Below, one piece after another: positions 6,893 through 11,380 of a DNA stretch of 11,380 nt (position 1 is the stretch's first letter; each line of letters opens with the position of its first letter). Source of the DNA: Candidatus Thorarchaeota archaeon. Its GTDB lineage: Archaea; Asgardarchaeota; Thorarchaeia; Thorarchaeales; Thorarchaeaceae. A program made the position numbers and the translations under genes. Below the pieces are notes generated by a model. It saw nothing but the letters and a program-made list of their open reading frames with translations. It was not told the DNA's origin and did not search any database. The stretch lies in contig JAEORO010000101.1 in NCBI GenBank assembly GCA_016840855.1, positions 1-11,380 of the forward strand, written 5' to 3'.

Positions 6893-8095
6893 CTAGCAGT
6901 ACATACTATCAGGAGCATGATCACCTGCTCCTCGATCTTGGACCTTAGAAATAGCTTTCCGGAAATCTTCTTGAGTGACACATGTCCTGTTATCCCGAAT
7001 TGCAAACATACCAGCTTCTGTACAAATTGTCTTAATGTCTGCTCCGGTTCTACCTTGAGTCGCAGACAGTAACTGACTGAAATCAACAGCAGAGTCTATT
7101 TTCATTCCACGAATATGAATCTTGAAAATTTCTTTTCTACTTATATCATCAGGTAATGGGAATTCAATAATTCTATCAAAACGACCTGGCCGTAGAAGAG
7201 CTGGATCTAATATATCCGGACGATTTGTTGCACCTAAAACCGCTACTTGACCTCGGGTTTCAAAACCATCTAATTCACTTAGAAGTTGCATCAATGTACG
7301 CTGTACTTCCCTGTCTCCTGAAGTAGCAATATCAAGCCTATGCGACCCTACAGCATCAAGCTCATCAACAAATATGATAGCGGGTGCTTTCTCTTTCGCC
7401 AGCATGAAAATTTCTCGAACGAGTCGAGCACCTTCGCCTATGAATTTTTGAACAAGTTCTGAACCAATAACACGAATAAAAGTAGCATTTGTTTCATGAG
7501 CAACAGCTCTAGCACATAGAGTCTTTCCAGTTCCTGGTTTACCTGTGAGCAATACTCCCTTTGGAGGCTCAATACCAACCTCTTCAAACAACTCAGGTTT
7601 CAAAAGTGGAAGTTCCACAGTTTCTCTGATTTCTCTGAGTTGGTCTTGAAGACCACCAATATCTTGATACGATACATTAGGAGCTTCTTCAATCTCCATA
7701 GCCCTTATGATTGGATCCTTAGATGGTGGCAGCTCTTGTGTGATTGCAAACGATCTTTGATTGAGTGCTACTAGAGCTCCAGGTTGGAGCTTGTCCTTTG
7801 AGATTGATGACGCTACATGAACGACAAAGTTAGGACCTGTTGAACTCTTTACTATTGCTCGACCATCTTCGAGCATCTCAGTTATGGTTGCAGTAATGAG
7901 AGGCGACTGTCTCAATTTCTCTAATTCAGTTCTTAGAGTTTGAGTTTCTTTCTCAAGCCTACTACGTTCAGCTTGAAGTATCTGTTTTTCAGTTTCCAAT
8001 GCCCTGAGTCTACGCTCTAAGTGTCTAGTATAGCTTTGTGAGTATGCCGATTCATCGACGTTACCTTCATCTTTCGTGTCCGTTGTACCAGGCAC
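6893..8095 (-). CDS. pan: Proteasome-activating nucleotidase
   Basis: N-terminal coiled coil and OB domain, GKPGTGKT, ELVQKFIGEGARLV, IIFVDELD, DPALLRPGRFDR and a C-terminal HbYX motif (MYC). GTG 8095 has GAGGTG 7 nt upstream; the ORF track starts at 8140. Confidence 0.97.
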   Translation of the reverse strand: MPGTTDTKDEGNVDESAYSQSYTRHLERRLRALETEKQILQAERSRLEKETQTLRTELEKLRQSPLITATITEMLEDGRAIVKSSTGPNFVVHVASSISKDKLQPGALVALNQRSFAITQELPPSKDPIIRAMEIEEAPNVSYQDIGGLQDQLREIRETVELPLLKPELFEEVGIEPPKGVLLTGKPGTGKTLCARAVAHETNATFIRVIGSELVQKFIGEGARLVREIFMLAKEKAPAIIFVDELDAVGSHRLDIATSGDREVQRTLMQLLSELDGFETRGQVAVLGATNRPDILDPALLRPGRFDRIIEFPLPDDISRKEIFKIHIRGMKIDSAVDFSQLLSATQGRTGADIKTICTEAGMFAIRDNRTCVTQEDFRKAISKVQDRGAGDHAPDSMYC

Positions 8096-8181
8096 TGGAT
8101 GGCACCTCAACAGCTCATCCACTGAAGATGTTTTAAGCATTGCTTTGCGGGAGCAAATGCTTGTCTAGTAACACTGTTTCA

Positions 8182-8195
8182 TACTAATATTAGTA
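8182..8195. promoter_or_regulatory. Perfect 14-bp palindrome in the pan/mbf1 divergent promoter region
   Basis: TACTAATATTAGTA is its own reverse complement. Confidence 0.4.
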
Positions 8196-8264
8196 CCAAA
8201 ATCTGTGTAGTCGGCAATCTTTATCAATCCTCCTCGGTTTATTATCAACAAGAGGGAATTCATT

Positions 8265-8849
8265 GTGCCAAGTTGTGAATTATGTGGCAGAAACATGAAG
8301 GGCCGAGGCCGTGAAGTGACAATTGAAGGAGCTTCAATGTTAGTTTGTCCTCAATGTGCTAGCAGGTTTGGAGGTCAAAGTATATCATCTGAATCTAGAA
8401 CATCTTCACAATCTCGAACACATCCGGCATGGATTAGAGAACCTCAAAAATTAGCACCTGCTCAACAAAGGCGAGGTTTTACACCGAAACCCAAACCAAA
8501 GCCTAAGACTGGTGTTTTAATTGACGATTTAGAATTGATAGAGGATTATGCCAAAGTAATTCGTGCCGCTAGACAAAAGAAACAATTCTCTCAGGAAGAG
8601 CTTGCTCAAAAAATCGGAGAGCGAATTTCAACTCTACAATCAATTGAAGCCGGGAGACTGAAACCAACAGGAAAAACTATACGAGGCCTTGAGCGAGAGC
8701 TCGATATTTCCCTTTTGGAACCAGTTGGAACAACACCAATCAAGGCAAGTGGCGAGAAATCAGGTGCTGGTCCTACCCTTGGTGACAGAGTAATCGTGAA
8801 GAGAAAAATGTCACAAAAAGCGCGTCAAGATAATACCCAAGCGAAGTGA
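8265..8849 (+). CDS. mbf1: Archaeal multiprotein bridging factor 1 (Zn ribbon + HTH)
   Basis: CELCG...VCPQC zinc ribbon; ELIEDYAKVIRAARQKKQFSQEELAQKI...IEAGRLKP Cro-like HTH; adjacent to pan. Confidence 0.93.
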   Translation: MPSCELCGRNMKGRGREVTIEGASMLVCPQCASRFGGQSISSESRTSSQSRTHPAWIREPQKLAPAQQRRGFTPKPKPKPKTGVLIDDLELIEDYAKVIRAARQKKQFSQEELAQKIGERISTLQSIEAGRLKPTGKTIRGLERELDISLLEPVGTTPIKASGEKSGAGPTLGDRVIVKRKMSQKARQDNTQAK

Positions 8850-8961
8850 ATATATAGTATTTGGACGTATAATACTATAGGTGTAAATTTCCACTGCGGA
8901 TGTTTTCGCTATTATCAAGGTCAGTCGACTAGCCATATTACACACTTGGGTGATTACGTCA

Positions 8962-9483
8962 ATGGTTCACACGAATTTCAATCACGACCTCTTCCGACTT
9001 GTTGTTGAGGAAATTGCTGGAAAGGAAGGGGTAGATGTATCGACCGTCTTGGTCAATGCAGAAGAAACCACTGACGAAGAAATCGCAACTAAAACTGATC
9101 TCAAGTTGAACATTGTCCGAAGAATACTCTACAAGCTCCATGATAATCACTTAGCATCATATCGACGAATCAGAGATGCAAACACAGGTTGGTTCCTCTA
9201 CTATTGGCGAATTGATCCTAAAAAAGCACAAGCTCTAGTAAACAGAAAGAAACGGATGGTTCTCAATCTTCTTGAACAAAGGCTACAACATGAAACGAAT
9301 AATGATCTCTACGCGTGTGTCAACCGTGATTCTTCTCCAGTACCCTTTGAAGAGGCAATGAACCTCTCTTTCCGTTGTCCTACATGTAATGGCCAGCTAG
9401 AATTTGTAGATAACGCACGAGCAATATCATTCCTGAAAAAACGTGTTGAAGAATTAAAGGCCGATTTAGAGGCATTCTCCTAA
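8962..9483 (+). CDS. tfe: Transcription factor E (TFE alpha)
   Basis: Winged helix TDEEIA...LNIVRRILYKL...RIRDANTGWFLYYW; Zn ribbon YAC...FEEAMNLSFRCPTCNGQL. Alternative GTG start at 8950. Confidence 0.96.
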   Translation: MVHTNFNHDLFRLVVEEIAGKEGVDVSTVLVNAEETTDEEIATKTDLKLNIVRRILYKLHDNHLASYRRIRDANTGWFLYYWRIDPKKAQALVNRKKRMVLNLLEQRLQHETNNDLYACVNRDSSPVPFEEAMNLSFRCPTCNGQLEFVDNARAISFLKKRVEELKADLEAFS

Positions 9484-9559
9484 CACGTCTTTTTCTTTGT
9501 CAATTTACATTACAAAAGGTACTTAGCACAATTCTAAGACATTATGCAGAGGTTATTAG

Positions 9560-10330
9560 TTGAAGACTGTTGTTTTGTTTCCAAAGGTCTATGGCACATT
9601 TAGAGGTCGCTTACTTGAAACAATCAAATCTGAAGTATTACAGATGGTGAAGGAGCTAGATGTTCAAGTCAAAAGTCTAAGCACTGACACCAAGAATCAC
9701 ATCATTGTAAAAATCAATGGGGATGATGAAGAATTTGTTGCCAATGCGCTCATTAAGGAATACGGGGAAACATTACAATCAGATGATTTAGTGCCTCACA
9801 AAGTATACCCTAGTCAACTAATAGATGTTGGAAAGGTAGGTTATGGGCTTTATTCAGACATAGGTGTCATTGATTCTAAAAGAATGGATGCTCTTATTCC
9901 TCTTCATCGGTTACGTGAGCAATTTGATTTTCATAATTCTGTGAAGAAAATCGTAGATGTTTTTTTGCTTGTAGATCATCTTCCTGTTGAAGTAAATCTA
10001 ACAAGTATCGATTTATTCAACAATAAAATAGAAGCAGAATTCAGTCAATCAACTTTAGCGCGCATCACAGATTGGATGAACGACGACCATGAACGACTTC
10101 TAGTATTTGGCGCCAATCATCATCAAATAGAGAGCTCACTGAAAAAAACCAATCACAGAGAAGACATCTATGAAATAGAGCAACTAGGTAAATTCGAATT
10201 CTCTCTTCGATGCAAACGAAGCACACGTGCTTCTGGAATACTGGCTGCAATTGGTCCCAAACTCAGAGGTGTTCCCATGCATCTTTTCATACCAAAAGAA
10301 ATTGAGGCTAAAAAGAATGCCAAGGCTTGA
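9560..10330 (+). CDS. DUF2110-family conserved archaeal protein
   Basis: GDDEEFVANALIKEYG, LIDVGKVGYGLYSD, DHLPVEV and CKRSTRASGILAAIGP; this family is often found beside tfe. Confidence 0.8.
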   Translation: MKTVVLFPKVYGTFRGRLLETIKSEVLQMVKELDVQVKSLSTDTKNHIIVKINGDDEEFVANALIKEYGETLQSDDLVPHKVYPSQLIDVGKVGYGLYSDIGVIDSKRMDALIPLHRLREQFDFHNSVKKIVDVFLLVDHLPVEVNLTSIDLFNNKIEAEFSQSTLARITDWMNDDHERLLVFGANHHQIESSLKKTNHREDIYEIEQLGKFEFSLRCKRSTRASGILAAIGPKLRGVPMHLFIPKEIEAKKNAKA

Positions 10331-10994
10331 TGTCTGGCTGGTAGAAAAAGGCCAATTCTCGTCTCGCCAAGCAGCAAAAAGAGCTATCAAAGAAGGTTTA
10401 GTAATTGTCAATGGACAAGAATGTAAACCATCCACTCAAGTTTCTGAGAAAGATAAAATAGAATTACTTAGTGCTGAAGCCAATGCTCCACAGGGATTCC
10501 AAAAGCTAAAGAAACTGGACGAGTGGCTTGAGAATAACTTATTCTGCAACGATGGCATAGCTCTTGATATTGGTAGCTCTGCAGGTGGTTTTCTAACATA
10601 TTCAGCTGGAAAAGCATCAACTGTTGTTGGAATTGAGGTATCTGAAAGGTTTGCTGATGAGTTGAATATCATAGTAGAAAAATATCCAAACACTTCAGTG
10701 ATTTTCGCTGATGCTTTCAATCTTAATCCACTTGAAGTCGCTGATATTGGTCGGCTTGATCTTCTTTTAATTGATGTAACAACTGAACCTGATGGTACAC
10801 TGAAATTGATAGAGAAATTTACACCTTTGTTAAAAAAAGGAGGTCGGATGCTCGCAGCCTTCAAATTACATCACAAATCAGAAACACTCGCGTTTCTCAA
10901 AAACTCCATATCTCAGCTTGGTTACGCAAAAATTCAAGAAATAACTCTAGATATAACGCGCAAAGAAGTACATATCACTGCAATTCACATGTAA
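10317..10994 (+). CDS. TlyA-like RNA 2'-O-methyltransferase (S4 domain + FtsJ/RrmJ domain)
   Basis: MPRLDVWLVEKGQFSSRQAAKRAIKEGLVIVNG S4 domain; LDIGSSAGGF SAM-binding motif; candidate K-D-K-E tetrad (QKL, IDVT, AFKL, KEV). ATG 10317 overlaps the upstream CDS by 14 nt. Confidence 0.85.
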   Translation: MPRLDVWLVEKGQFSSRQAAKRAIKEGLVIVNGQECKPSTQVSEKDKIELLSAEANAPQGFQKLKKLDEWLENNLFCNDGIALDIGSSAGGFLTYSAGKASTVVGIEVSERFADELNIIVEKYPNTSVIFADAFNLNPLEVADIGRLDLLLIDVTTEPDGTLKLIEKFTPLLKKGGRMLAAFKLHHKSETLAFLKNSISQLGYAKIQEITLDITRKEVHITAIHM

Positions 10995-10995
10995 G

Positions 10996-11008
10996 CAACT
11001 TTTTATTA
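10996..11008 (+). promoter_or_regulatory. Putative BRE/TATA promoter of the tRNA locus
   Basis: GCAACTTTTTATTA about 24-35 nt upstream of tRNA-Val. Confidence 0.55.
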
Positions 11009-11031
11009 CGTTGACAAACCCATCTCTTTCA

Positions 11032-11141
11032 GGGGCGGTAGTCTAGCCCGGCTATGATGTCTCGTTTACACCGAGAATCCATCGAAGCTTTATGCTTCTC
11101 GGACTCGAGGGTCGCTGGTTCAAATCCGGCCCGCCCCACCA
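11032..11141 (+). tRNA. tRNA-Val(TAC) with a 32-nt non-canonical intron (11078-11109, position 44/45); CCA encoded
   Basis: Acceptor GGGGCGG/CCGCCCC plus ACCA; anticodon stem TCTCG/CGAGA with loop TT-TAC-AC; T arm GCTGG-TTCAAAT-CCGGC. Removing 11078-11109 gives the standard variable loop AGGTC. Confidence 0.92.
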
Positions 11142-11258
11142 CTTCTCACATCATGTCATTTTGACACCAAAGGGTTGAAGAGTAGGCATGCTTCAAAGGA
11201 AAAATGCGGTGAGCTCCTACAACTGAGTAATAGATTGCCGCTTCCCTGACCGAGCATA

Positions 11259-11380
11259 GCGGGAGTAGCCAAGCCCGGTCAAAGGCGGCGGACTTAAGAT
11301 CGCATGAGATTAAGGGGTCATGTGAATAGGCTATCCGCTCTCGTAGGAGTTCGTGGGTTCGAAGCCCACCTCCCGCACCA
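11259..11380 (+). tRNA. tRNA-Leu(TAA) with a 34-nt canonical 37/38 intron (11299-11332); CCA encoded
   Basis: Acceptor GCGGGAG/CTCCCGC plus ACCA; anticodon stem GCGGA/TCCGC; BHB central helix CTTA/TAGG with bulges AG^A and CT^A; long variable arm CTC-GTAG-GAG; T arm GTGGG-TTCGAAG-CCCAC. Confidence 0.95.

Noticed and set aside
8482-8507. PKPKPKPK repeat in the aMBF1 linker
   Set aside because: Low-complexity linker with varied codons, not a DNA repeat element.
303-10864. Short alternative-frame or antisense ORFs in the track (e.g. 303-494, 525-806, 2519-2728, 3160-3672, 5614-5796, 6478-6792, 10436-10864)
   Set aside because: They overlap well-supported genes and show no recognisable motifs; they are shadow ORFs.
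11071-11104. Canonical 37/38 intron in tRNA-Val
   Set aside because: It would leave a 3-nt variable loop and has a poor BHB central helix (TTTA/TCGG). The 44/45 solution gives a standard tRNA.

Overview
AT-rich archaeal chromosomal window. An Asgard/Thorarchaeia-like origin is my impression and cannot be shown from this sequence. The right half is a housekeeping cluster: aNAC, Taw2/TYW2 and PAN on the minus strand, divergent from aMBF1, TFE, DUF2110 and a TlyA-like S4/FtsJ methyltransferase, then two intron-containing tRNAs (Val-TAC with a non-canonical 44/45 intron, Leu-TAA with a canonical 37/38 intron). The left half holds a HEAT-like hypothetical protein, an ADP-forming acyl-CoA synthetase alpha subunit, a small membrane protein and an orphan A/V-ATPase subunit D. 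The strongest lead is a two-gene minus-strand operon encoding an ExeA-like AAA+ ATPase (atypical Walker B) and a protein with a charged N-terminal tail plus a ribbon-helix-helix domain. It is surrounded by a dispersed pseudo-palindromic motif, WGTAWTACA, usually in 9-bp-period arrays. The motif lies over the operon's predicted promoter, in most spacers of the first 5.6 kb (including two convergent ones) and inside a CDS. This resembles a partition or chromosome-organising system (ATPase + RHH adaptor + centromere-like sites) built on a non-ParA ATPase. Candidate structured RNAs occur at the left edge (hairpin/pseudoknot) and between the tRNAs (leader antisense to tRNA-Leu).
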